Assembly: GCA_003560875.1 (NCBI GenBank)
Contig: PWJQ01000035.1
Location: forward strand, 7,182 to 71,181
DNA length: 64,000 nt
From: Methanomassiliicoccaceae archaeon
GTDB taxonomy: Archaea > Thermoplasmatota > Thermoplasmata > Methanomassiliicoccales > Methanomethylophilaceae
Direction of reading: 5' to 3'
Both the position numbers and the translations under genes were made by a program. Below, one piece after another: positions 1 through 8,861 of the stretch. How positions within the stretch are numbered: position 1 is the stretch's first letter; the number at the start of each line of letters is the position of its first letter. Below the pieces are notes generated by a model. The model had not been told where the DNA came from and did not search any database. It worked only from the letters and a program-made list of their open reading frames with translations.

Positions 1-1007
1 GGGACGAGACCAAGGCTTTGGCCAAGAAGGCGTCCACAGAGGACGAGAGACGCTACTATGGAGGTCTGCAGGAGGCGGTCAAGGTGCTCATGAACTCCGT
101 CTACGGGGTCTTCGCCTCATCGTTCTACCGCTTCACCGACAAGAGCATCGGCAGCAGCATCACCGCCTTCGCCCGTGAGACGGTCAAGAACATAATCACC
201 GAATTGGACAAGGAGGACGTCACGGTGATCTACTCCGACACTGACTCGGTGTTCATCCAATCCCCACACTCCGACCTCGAAGGGAGCAAGGAGTTCGGGG
301 AGTCCGTCGCCAAACGCTACACCCGGGCCGGGGGGCAGTTGGAGTTCGAGAAGATCATGGAGCCCCTCTTCTCCCACGGCAAGAAGAAGAGGTACGTCGG
401 CCGCGTGGTGTGGCCGGAGAGGGAGGAGATGCTGGTACGCGGTTACGAGATACGGCGCACTGACACCTTCGACCTTCTCAGTGAGCTGCTCACCGGCGTC
501 TTCGAGAAGATACTGAACGAGGACCAGGACGGCGCCGTGGCCTTGGCCCGGAAGATGGTGCAGGAGACGTTGGAGGGCAAGGTGCCCTATCAGAAACTGG
601 TCATATCCCGGACCTGTCAGGCCTTCCACACCTACAAGGGCCCCGACCGCATGGCCAACGTCCAGGCGGCGAGGAAGATGATCGACCTCGGTTATGAGTT
701 CATCCCGGGAATGAAGGTCTCCTGGATCGTCACCAACGCCAACAAGGTCCCTCAAGAGGTGGAGCCGTTCATACCCGGCCGTGAGGCGGAGATAATACCC
801 GACCTGCGCTATTACGCCGAGAGGCTCGCCCATGCCACCGCCCGTGTCACCGAGGTGTTCGGATGGAAGGAGGACGACCTCATGCTGGGAAGCCAGCAGT
901 CCACCCTCTTCGATTCTTCCTTCGGCGGCGGTACGCAGAGGACCGCACCGGCGATGAAGGAATCCCCGAAGCCCAAGGATAAGGGTCCGTCACTGTTCGA
1001 TTTCTGA
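1..1007 (+). CDS. polB: Family B DNA polymerase, C-terminal part (5' end outside window)
   Basis: Motifs KVLMNSVYG (region III), YSDTDS (region I), KKRY, RGYEIRR; C-terminal PIP-box-like QQSTLF and SLFDF. Confidence 0.95.
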   Translation, partial: DETKALAKKASTEDERRYYGGLQEAVKVLMNSVYGVFASSFYRFTDKSIGSSITAFARETVKNIITELDKEDVTVIYSDTDSVFIQSPHSDLEGSKEFGESVAKRYTRAGGQLEFEKIMEPLFSHGKKKRYVGRVVWPEREEMLVRGYEIRRTDTFDLLSELLTGVFEKILNEDQDGAVALARKMVQETLEGKVPYQKLVISRTCQAFHTYKGPDRMANVQAARKMIDLGYEFIPGMKVSWIVTNANKVPQEVEPFIPGREAEIIPDLRYYAERLAHATARVTEVFGWKEDDLMLGSQQSTLFDSSFGGGTQRTAPAMKESPKPKDKGPSLFDF

Positions 1008-1052
1008 GGCCGGGGGGAAACACTTATTCTCATGCACAGGGTTGTTGACCGC

Positions 1053-1823
1053 ATGGCGGAGCGTCAAGATTGGCCTGAGGTGCCGGGCGAATACCGGACC
1101 GGCACTGAGGACTCCCCCGTTGCCATAGCGGTCATCGGGAAGGCGTCAGCGGATGTGCCTTCCGATTGCTATCGGATCATGGGCACCCTGCGTTCCGCCA
1201 ATATCGGAGTGGAGAAGGTCGTCGTCAATATGCTCGCCAATCCTCGCCTCAGGTTCCTGTTGGTTTGCGGCCGGGAGGATGGGCACTACCCCGGCGATGC
1301 GTTGGTTAAGCTGGCGGAGAACGGCATTGACGACCGCAACAACATTATCGGAGCCCATGCCCAGTTCCCCTGCCTCCCGGACCTCGACAGGGATTCCGTG
1401 GAGAGGTTCCGTTCCCAGGTGGAGGTCGTCGACCTCTTGCACCCCAAGGATTCCAAAGGGGATATCGATTGGGAGGATCCGTTGTATGTCTTCGATGATG
1501 AACGGAACCGTGAGTTGGAGGCCACCGCCCGTCAATGCGCCCGGCGGGACCCCGGCCCGTATCCCGGCGGGGCTTTACATATCACGATCCCGGGGATGAT
1601 GCAGGAAAGGGGCGATCTGGGGGATATGTTGAATATGGAGGTCGGCCGCATGACCGACCTGATGCTCCGTATGCCCATTGATAATCTGACGACCGACGCC
1701 CTCAACATCACCGTTTCCGAGGATTTTGCTTTGGTCATCGACCCTATCGACGGTCTGCTCCTCGAGGTTCCCACGGTCACTTTCCACAAACGTTTCAAAT
1801 CATACCTGACGGGCAACGAGTGA
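1053..1823 (+). CDS. Stand-alone MtrA/MtxA-like corrinoid protein, no TM anchor
   Basis: WPEVPGEY..G...SPVA, NIGVEKVVVN..ANP.LRFLLVCG, GHYPG (His ligand position), ERFRSQVEVVDL, DPGPY match the MtrA pattern. Confidence 0.85.
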   Translation: MAERQDWPEVPGEYRTGTEDSPVAIAVIGKASADVPSDCYRIMGTLRSANIGVEKVVVNMLANPRLRFLLVCGREDGHYPGDALVKLAENGIDDRNNIIGAHAQFPCLPDLDRDSVERFRSQVEVVDLLHPKDSKGDIDWEDPLYVFDDERNRELEATARQCARRDPGPYPGGALHITIPGMMQERGDLGDMLNMEVGRMTDLMLRMPIDNLTTDALNITVSEDFALVIDPIDGLLLEVPTVTFHKRFKSYLTGNE

Positions 1824-1889
1824 GACCTGTGGACCGTTCGTTATGATATACGGCGTGTATCCAGTTTCCTGTGATCTTCAAGAGTGTGT

Positions 1890-2267
1890 CTAGAATTTTT
1901 CCGGGAAGTTGAACCTCTCCACCGCTCTAGCACCGCCGACCATACCCATTATCCACACTATCGGGTACAATAAGAACCCCACCAAAAAGGCCATGGATGC
2001 CGCGGCTATTATGCCAGCCAACAGGAAAACCAGCCCCGTGGTCCATTCAGCCGCGTACATGTGACCCAAGCCCGGGACGAGGAAGGCCAGTACGACCGCT
2101 ATGGCAGGGCTTCTCTGCGGACGGGACTGCGGAGGTGCCAGGCCTTGGGATTCAGAACCGAGCTCGGGCCTCTGATGATAACCGCATCTCGGACAGTAAG
2201 TCGCCCCGATCTTCAATGATGACCCGCAGTTCACGCAGGATGATTCCAAATCACCGTTCTTCCCCAT
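1890..2267 (-). CDS. Zinc-ribbon plus TM2-like membrane protein
   Basis: CVNC...CPRC followed by AVVLAFLVPGLGHMY and hydrophobic helices. Confidence 0.75.
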   Translation of the reverse strand: MGKNGDLESSCVNCGSSLKIGATYCPRCGYHQRPELGSESQGLAPPQSRPQRSPAIAVVLAFLVPGLGHMYAAEWTTGLVFLLAGIIAAASMAFLVGFLLYPIVWIMGMVGGARAVERFNFPEKF

Positions 2268-2481
2268 GACGTTTGAATACGTACCGTCTTCTTATAATAT
2301 TTTTTAAAGGTCACCGAACCCGACTCCTCCTCTGGAATGGTGATTGTCGGAATTTTTATGGCCTGCGCGGTCCGGAAGGCCGTGATGAAGGAGGATGTTC
2401 ATCACGTGCCCCGACTTCCCGGACATATCAGACGATGGCGATATGTGATTGTCCTGTGCCATACTCTTTCATCACCTTCGC

Positions 2482-2826
2482 CTATCGAATTCTCTTTGTG
2501 AGTAGGGCATCCAATACCGCGTATGACCATATCGTGATGTATGATAGGAATGCCACCATCGTCATGACTGCACCGTGGCCGAAGGAAGTGTGTGATGAGG
2601 AGACGCTCAGCGCACCATAGGAGAATATCGAGAACACGAACAACAGGACGGAAAGTACGACCAGGGTCATCCCTCTCCACGACTCGCCTTTCATTATCTG
2701 GCCGATGCCAGGGACCACTGCGGAGAACAATGAGGGTATGAGCCCCCTTCTCACCCGCTCCGTCAAAGAATCCTTCGATACCGTCGGTTTGAAAGTGTCG
2801 TCCCCTCCCGGCGAAGGACCTTCCAT
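2482..2826 (-). CDS. Small membrane protein (TM2-like PGxGQ motif)
   Basis: SAVVPGIGQI motif, three hydrophobic segments, W.Y...DA ending. Confidence 0.6.
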   Translation of the reverse strand: MEGPSPGGDDTFKPTVSKDSLTERVRRGLIPSLFSAVVPGIGQIMKGESWRGMTLVVLSVLLFVFSIFSYGALSVSSSHTSFGHGAVMTMVAFLSYITIWSYAVLDALLTKRIR

Positions 2827-2893
2827 GACCTTTGGAACGGCTCACATCGATAAAACCGCTTTCATGGCCACAATGTTTTTCGGACCGGAGAAG

Positions 2894-3003
2894 TTTTAAA
2901 TAGTCTGCAATAATCCGTCAAAGGTAGTGACGGGACTAGTCCCGTTGGAGATGTGCCCCCTAAGGGGTGAATCCATAAACGCCGGAAACGGCAGGTGATA
3001 CAA
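2894..3003 (+). promoter_or_regulatory. rpl15e promoter and structured 5' leader (candidate eL15 ribosomal-protein leader)
   Basis: TTTTAAATA box at 2894-2902; hairpins ACGGGACTAGTCCCGT (2930-2945), CCCC-TAA-GGGG (2957-2967), GCCG-GAAA-CGGC (2981-2992); SD AGGTGA at 2993-2998. Confidence 0.6.
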
Positions 3004-3630
3004 ATGGCGAAGCAGTTTGATGATGATGCCGTCCCCACAGTCAAGGGGAAGAGCATGTACCAATACATGGCCGAGGCCTGGAAGAAACCAGGCGAGGGCT
3101 ACATGAAAGACCTGTCCCTGCAGAGAAGGGTCAAGTGGCGCCGTGAGGAGAACTTCTCCCGCGTCGAGAGGCCCACCCGCCTGGACCGTGCCCGCAAGCT
3201 CGGATACAAGGCCAAGCAGGGATACGTCGTCGTCCGCGGTCGCGTCCGTAAGGGTTCGATGCAGAAGAGGACCATTAAAGGAGGCCGCCGTGCCAAGCGC
3301 AAGGGAATCACCAAGATCACCGGTGCCAAGAGCCTGCAGCGCATGTGTGAGGAGAGGACGCAGAAGAGATACCCCAACCTTGAGGTCCTGAACTCCTATT
3401 GGGTAGGCCAGGACGGTCACCACGAGTGGTACGAGGTCATACTTGTCGACCCCCACCACCCCGTCATAAAGGCGGACCCCAAGATCAACTGGATCGGCGA
3501 GGGTTCCCACAAGGGCCGTGTCTACCGCGGGAAGACCTCTGCTGGAAAGCGTGGTCGCGGTCTGCACAAGAAGGGCAAGGGAGCGGAGAAGGTCCGCCCC
3601 TCCATAAGCAAGAAAGGCCTCGGAAAGTAA
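3004..3630 (+). CDS. rpl15e: 50S ribosomal protein L15e
   Basis: [53 protein letters not shown]. Confidence 0.98.
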   Translation: MAKQFDDDAVPTVKGKSMYQYMAEAWKKPGEGYMKDLSLQRRVKWRREENFSRVERPTRLDRARKLGYKAKQGYVVVRGRVRKGSMQKRTIKGGRRAKRKGITKITGAKSLQRMCEERTQKRYPNLEVLNSYWVGQDGHHEWYEVILVDPHHPVIKADPKINWIGEGSHKGRVYRGKTSAGKRGRGLHKKGKGAEKVRPSISKKGLGK

Positions 3631-3648
3631 GGCTTAGTCCTGACTGGA

Positions 3649-4485
3649 TCAAACCATTTCCTTCAATCTTCTTTCTATTTCCTTATCGTCCATTCCTACC
3701 AAGGGCGCATACACCGGGACCTCGAAACGCATCTCCTTGAGATCATCGAAGCCCTCCATACCCAGGCCGGTGACGACTCCCAAAATGTCATCCCCGATGA
3801 AAGGCTCCCCGTCCTCCTTGATCGTCTTGAGCTCGGGATCATAGGCCTGTAGCAGAGGGTGTGCGAGACCGGATACGAGCGCCCTGCAACCCCTCTTCAT
3901 CAATAACCAGGCGGCTAGGGCGTCACGGTCGTCCTCCACGAAAGCTATCACCTTCCCCTGAGTGCCCATGGGGAGGCCTCCGGGACCGTCCTGATAGGTA
4001 TCGAAGATGAAGGCCCTGGGACCGCGCACCTCTATGAATATCTCCACATCTGGTGAGTTGAGGTCCACTCTGACGCCGAGATGCTCGTTGGCGTGGTATA
4101 TCGCCGAGCCGGCATTACGGCCGATTTCGATCGAGGTATAGGGATGAGTGCCCTCCCTCCTCGGCCGGACCGCGAAGGACTGGCCCTCATGCAACCGTCC
4201 CTTAGAGTAGGCGGCGGCATGCTCACATATCTCATCCAGAGTACTTCCGCATGTCTCGACTACACTCACTGACGACACACCGAAGACGCGACGGAGACGG
4301 GTGACGGCTTCATCCCCATCATCGGACTCGACGTAGAAACGGCCCTCGTCGGAATGGAGCAGGGCCTCCACCCTGCCCTTGGCCAATGCCGATAGGATGT
4401 TGTCCCTCAGCAGGTTCTCGAACCGCCTGCGTACCATACGGCTCTTCAGCCCCAGCTCCGCGTAGCGTATGAGGATCGTGCTCAT
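3649..4485 (-). CDS. THUMP-domain ThiI-like protein with degenerate PP-loop
   Basis: LIRYAELGLKS, THUMP domain, GPGGLPMGTQG, AAWLLMKRG; SGGxDS is absent and the C-terminus is short. Confidence 0.8.
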   Translation of the reverse strand: MSTILIRYAELGLKSRMVRRRFENLLRDNILSALAKGRVEALLHSDEGRFYVESDDGDEAVTRLRRVFGVSSVSVVETCGSTLDEICEHAAAYSKGRLHEGQSFAVRPRREGTHPYTSIEIGRNAGSAIYHANEHLGVRVDLNSPDVEIFIEVRGPRAFIFDTYQDGPGGLPMGTQGKVIAFVEDDRDALAAWLLMKRGCRALVSGLAHPLLQAYDPELKTIKEDGEPFIGDDILGVVTGLGMEGFDDLKEMRFEVPVYAPLVGMDDKEIERRLKEMV

Positions 4486-4542
4486 CGGTCTGATATTCGG
4501 GCACCACTTATAAACGGTTCCTTCTGCGAAGGTAGAAAAGGA

Positions 4543-4630
4543 TGGTGCAGGGGAAGGGATTCGAACCCTCGAACGTCTGCACGACTAGACCCTGAATCTA
4601 GCACCTTTGGCCAGGCTCGGTAACCCCTGC
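4543..4630 (-). tRNA. tRNA-Leu (anticodon CAG)
   Basis: Reverse complement GCAGGGG...CCCCTGC-ACCA; anticodon arm CTAGA-TTCAGGG-TCTAG; long variable arm; GTTCGAATC T-loop. Confidence 0.97.
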
Positions 4631-4730
4631 TTAAGGACGCTGAATCGCATCATTGTACAAAAAGCTTAGCAATAAGGAATGGGTTTGGGGGGTTGGCCCC
4701 CCTGATTATACGCTTCGTAATGGTCGGGCT

Positions 4731-4949
4731 TCAGCCCTTCATTATCTTCATCCAGCCGCCGCTCTCGAAGATTGCCAGACCCCTCTTCATAAGGGCGGAC
4801 TGGAAGTCCTCCCAGCTTATGATCTCCAGCCTGTCGTTGTTGCCCTTGGTGAACTGAACACCATCGGTTCCCTTGACGCGTCCCGGCTTGAGACCCTTGT
4901 TCTCGGCAATCTGCCTTGCCTTCACTATGTTGATTTTCTCCATAACCAT
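4731..4949 (-). CDS. Small basic hypothetical protein (70-72 aa)
   Basis: SD GGAGG upstream, AT-rich promoter region, biased codons, downstream GGGGGG-N4-CCCCCC hairpin (4687-4702). Confidence 0.8.
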   Translation of the reverse strand: MVMEKINIVKARQIAENKGLKPGRVKGTDGVQFTKGNNDRLEIISWEDFQSALMKRGLAIFESGGWMKIMKG

Positions 4950-5177
4950 TACCTATCCCTCCTGCTTAACCACGCCTATCCAGCATGGTAATTGTGCTAT
5001 TTCTTTGAGGGATATATATATCTTTGCAAAAAAAACAGCTGTCCAGATGGTTTTTGATATTTAAAAGTGACCCATGGAGGCCATTTTTAGCCAGTATTTT
5101 TCTTAGTGAGAAGTGTCGAATATTGAGCGGAAATCAGAAAGAAAGATAACTCGGATAGTCCATCTCCGAGCGATATT

Positions 5178-6467
5178 ATGTCCCTTTTCGGTTAATCAGG
5201 CATCAGAGGAAAGGTGGGGGAGAGGATCACCCCCGAACTTGTACTATCGATAGGCGCAGCGGTGGGTACATGCAACGACAAGGTTATAATCGCCAAGGAC
5301 ACGCGCACCTCGGGGGACATGATGGTCAGTGCTCTCGTGGCGGGAATATGTTCCGTCGGTTCCGAGGCCCATTGTGCCGACATACTGCCCACGCCCACCC
5401 TGGCACGCGCTGCGGGGCGGTTCGATGCGGGCATTATGGTAACCGCCTCCCACAACCCGGCGGAGTACAACGGGGTTAAGCTCTGGAACCCCGACGGTTC
5501 GGCCTTCGATCCGAAGCAGACGGAGGAGATAGAGGAACTGATAATGAAAAGGGTCTTCCCGCTCAAGCGTTATGATGAATTGGGCGCCATGCATGTGCAC
5601 CACGGCGCACTGGATGCTCATCGTGAATCGATAAGGGACATTCTGCAATGCGATTGCGACATCGTGATAGACTGCGCGTCAGGACCGACCTCGTTGATCA
5701 CCCCCGGACTCCTGTCCGACATGGGTGGCAGGGTCGTCAGTCTAAACTGCCAGGTCGACGGCAGATTCCCGGGCCGGGAGCCTGAGCCCACCGAAGAGAA
5801 CCTGACCGATCTCATCAGTATGGTGAGGTCCCATGGCGGCATAGGTCTGGCCCACGACGGCGACGGGGACCGTGCGGTCGCGGTGGACGAGACCGGACGC
5901 TATCTCGGTGGTGACGTTCTGTTGTCGCTTTTCGTGGACCATATGAGGCCTTCCAAGGTGGCAGTGCCCATCGATGCGTCACTGGCCATAGACGATATGG
6001 TGAAGGACGTCGTCAGGACCAAGGTCGGCGATGTCTTCATCTCCGACGCCATGAAGAAGGAGGGCATATCATTCGGCGGTGAGCCCTCAGGCCCCTTCGT
6101 CTTCGCAGAACAGGGATACTGTCCCGACGGCGTCTACGCCGCCGCCCTTTTGGCCAGCATGGCATCTGAAAGCCGTCTCGCTGACCGGGTGGACGAACTG
6201 CCCCGTTACCCAATGTTCAAGAAAAAATACCAGTACAGCAACGCCAAGGGCGCCATACTGCAACGCATGGAGGACGAGGTCTCCGGCATAGAGTGCGAGG
6301 AGGTCGTCACCTTGGACGGTTTCCGTGTCGGCATGGGGGACGCCTGGTTCCTGATCCGCTTCTCAGGAACGGAGCCCATAATACGACTGACAGCCGAGGC
6401 CCGTGACGACGCCCGGCTGAAGGAGGTCGTGGAATCGGCGGAGGGACTGGTCGGGAGGTGCCTGTGA
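5178..6467 (+). pseudogene. glmM: Phosphoglucosamine mutase/phosphohexomutase with in-frame TAA at codon 6 (pseudogene or sequence error)
   Basis: ATG at 5178 reads MSLFG*SGIRGKV; TASHNP, DGDGDR, GGEPSG and SGTEP intact downstream; directly upstream of glmU. Confidence 0.7.
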
Positions 6468-7693
6468 TGAAAGCTTTGATACTGGCGGCGGGCGAGGGGA
6501 CCCGCCTCAAGCCTCTGACCAGCAATGTCCCCAAGCCCCTGCTCACCGTCGCCGGCAAACCCTTCATGACCCATACCATAGAGGCCTTGAAGCAGGCGGG
6601 GGTGGATGAGGTGGTCATACTCACCGGTTTCCGCGGTGACCGCATAAGATCCCATTACCGCAACGGCGAGGGCCTGGATATCAAGATCACTTACCTGGAG
6701 CAGAAGGAACGCAAGGGCACCGCCCACGCCATCGGCATGGCGAAGCGAGAAATCGACGAACCGTTCTTCTGCCTGGCAGGGGATGTCCTGGTCAACGCGG
6801 AGGATCTTAAGGCCATGAGGGCCTTGCATGAGGAGGGGGATTCCACGGTACTCGGCGCCGTGGAGGTCGAGGACCCTTCCCGTTTCGGTGTCATCGAGGT
6901 GAAGGACGGCAGGATGGTGGGGATAGAGGAGAAGCCGCAGAAACCCCGCAGCAACATGATCAACTCCTCGGTGTACCTGTTCAACCCCGACATTTTCCAG
7001 AAGATATCCCTGACCGGACTGTCGGACCGCAACGAATACGAAGTGACCGATTCCATCGCCATGCTCGCCGCGGAGGGCAAGGTCCTGGTCCATCCCATGC
7101 AAGGGGAGTGGATAGACGTCGGCCAGCCCTGGGACCTCCTCAAAGCCAATGAGAAGCTCATGGCCTCCATGAAGCGCAGCATAGAGGGCACCGTGGAGGA
7201 CGGGGCGCACATCATCGGTGATGTGGTCGTCGAGGAGGGGGCCCGGATACGCTCAGGGAGTTACATCGAGGGCCCGGTCTACATATCGGCGGGATGCGAC
7301 ATCGGACCAAACTGCCACGTCCGCGCTTACACCTGTCTCGGACCGGGTTGCCGCGTCGGCAACGCCAGCGAGGTTAAGAACAGCATCATAATGGCCAACA
7401 CCAAGGTGCCCCATCATAACTACATCGGCGACAGCATAATCGGCGAGAGATGTAACTTCGGCTCGGGTACCAAGGTCGCCAACCTTCGCTTCGACCGCCG
7501 CAACATCAAGGTCATGTGCAAGGACGGACTGGTCGACAGCGGCCGTCGTAAGATGGGCGTGGTGATGGGGGATGACGTCGAGACCGGCATCAACGCCATG
7601 ATACTCCCCGGAACGGTGATCCATGAGGAAGCGGTGATAGGCGCCGGGGCTACCGCCCACGGACTCGTAGGCAAAAAGGCGCAGATACTCTAG
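6467..7693 (+). CDS. glmU: Bifunctional sugar-1-phosphate nucleotidyltransferase/acetyltransferase (archaeal GlmU-like)
   Basis: LAAGEGTRLKPLT..PKPL, EKP, C-terminal hexapeptide repeats, H.NYIGDS, SGRRKMG. Confidence 0.9.
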   Translation: MKALILAAGEGTRLKPLTSNVPKPLLTVAGKPFMTHTIEALKQAGVDEVVILTGFRGDRIRSHYRNGEGLDIKITYLEQKERKGTAHAIGMAKREIDEPFFCLAGDVLVNAEDLKAMRALHEEGDSTVLGAVEVEDPSRFGVIEVKDGRMVGIEEKPQKPRSNMINSSVYLFNPDIFQKISLTGLSDRNEYEVTDSIAMLAAEGKVLVHPMQGEWIDVGQPWDLLKANEKLMASMKRSIEGTVEDGAHIIGDVVVEEGARIRSGSYIEGPVYISAGCDIGPNCHVRAYTCLGPGCRVGNASEVKNSIIMANTKVPHHNYIGDSIIGERCNFGSGTKVANLRFDRRNIKVMCKDGLVDSGRRKMGVVMGDDVETGINAMILPGTVIHEEAVIGAGATAHGLVGKKAQIL

Positions 7694-8058
7694 ACAACGT
7701 CCACGTCTATATGGTCGCCAGAACTGTTGTAGGCCTTCCAGCTCCGGGAGTTGAAAGGCTCGCAGGTGATTATGTGTATGCCGCCCATGCTGTTGAAGAA
7801 CCCCCGGTCGGCCTCCGATGGTCGGTTGCAGGTCCCGGGATGGGAGTGGGCCGAACCGACCACTCCGAAGGAGATAGGCGCCATGTTGACGTCCAGGATG
7901 CCGTGGCTCTCACCGCTTATGGTCCCGGGAAGGAGCACCAGTTCGATGATCACCCCTTTCTCCGACCGTAGAAGGCAGAGGAACTCGTTGGGAAGGCTGT
8001 AACGGGCGGACTCGTTTATGGCCTCGATGACCTCCCTCTCTATCGCCCATCGTTTCAT
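7690..8058 (-). CDS. JAB/MPN+ (Mov34) metalloprotease domain protein
   Basis: PNEF...HSHP....PS.AD JAMM motif. Confidence 0.9.
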   Translation of the reverse strand: MKRWAIEREVIEAINESARYSLPNEFLCLLRSEKGVIIELVLLPGTISGESHGILDVNMAPISFGVVGSAHSHPGTCNRPSEADRGFFNSMGGIHIITCEPFNSRSWKAYNSSGDHIDVDVV

Positions 8059-8861
8059 AATGAACCTACCAGCTTCTCCTGCATACGGGCATAGAAGTTG
8101 TCCTCGAAGCGCAGGAAACGACCGTAGTCCTTGGACAATGAGAACTCAACGGTGGTGTGGCCCTCGATGTGGTACTCCCTCTGCCCGTCTATCACCAGAA
8201 GGCAGCCCCGGTCCATCAGGAGCTCGACCTTTATGCGGGCACTGGTGGGGACCACCATCGGCCGGGCGGCGAACTTGTAGGGGGCCATGGGCACGAACAC
8301 GAACGCGTTGACATGAGGGTCGATTATAGGCGAGCCCACGCTCATGGCGTAGCACGTGGAACCGGTCGGGGTGGCCACGATGACGCCGTCGGCACGCAGC
8401 TCGGTAGCCACCTGGTCGTCGACCATTATGCGGAAATGTCTGATCTTGGCCACCGTGTCGGTATGGATCACGGCCTCATTCATAGCGTCCGCCAAGCGCT
8501 CGCCGCCGTAATCGGTGCGTAGTTTGAACCGTTTCTCGACGAAGTACTCACCCTTTCTGACCTTGGCGAAGCACTGCTGCATCGCCTCAGGACAGACCTC
8601 GGCGAGGAAACCCACCGATCCGGCGTTGATGCCCAGTATTATGGCGTCGTTCTTCTGCATGGCACGGAGTATGGTGCCGTCACCGCCCACGGTGACCAGT
8701 ATGTCCACCTTCATATCCTCCAGGGGCTCCCCTTTCAGACCTATGGCTTCAGCGAGCTTGGCCTCCAGGACAACATCCTCGCCCTCCAGATGCTGCATGA
8801 CCTCCCGACTGACCTCGATGGACCTGTCGATGCTTAGGTTGGTGTATACGCCGTATCTCAC
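8055..8861 (-). CDS. nadK: NAD(+) kinase
   Basis: GGDGT, GINAGSVGFL, NE, ADGVIVATPTGSTCYAMSVG; GTG start overlaps the upstream TGA. Confidence 0.95.
   Translation of the reverse strand: MRYGVYTNLSIDRSIEVSREVMQHLEGEDVVLEAKLAEAIGLKGEPLEDMKVDILVTVGGDGTILRAMQKNDAIILGINAGSVGFLAEVCPEAMQQCFAKVRKGEYFVEKRFKLRTDYGGERLADAMNEAVIHTDTVAKIRHFRIMVDDQVATELRADGVIVATPTGSTCYAMSVGSPIIDPHVNAFVFVPMAPYKFAARPMVVPTSARIKVELLMDRGCLLVIDGQREYHIEGHTTVEFSLSKDYGRFLRFEDNFYARMQEKLVGSL

Noticed and set aside
7690..7693. CTAG overlap of convergent TAG stops (also 55149-55152) as possible pyrrolysine read-through sites
   Set aside because: All four proteins appear full length at these stops; read-through would only run antisense into the neighbouring gene
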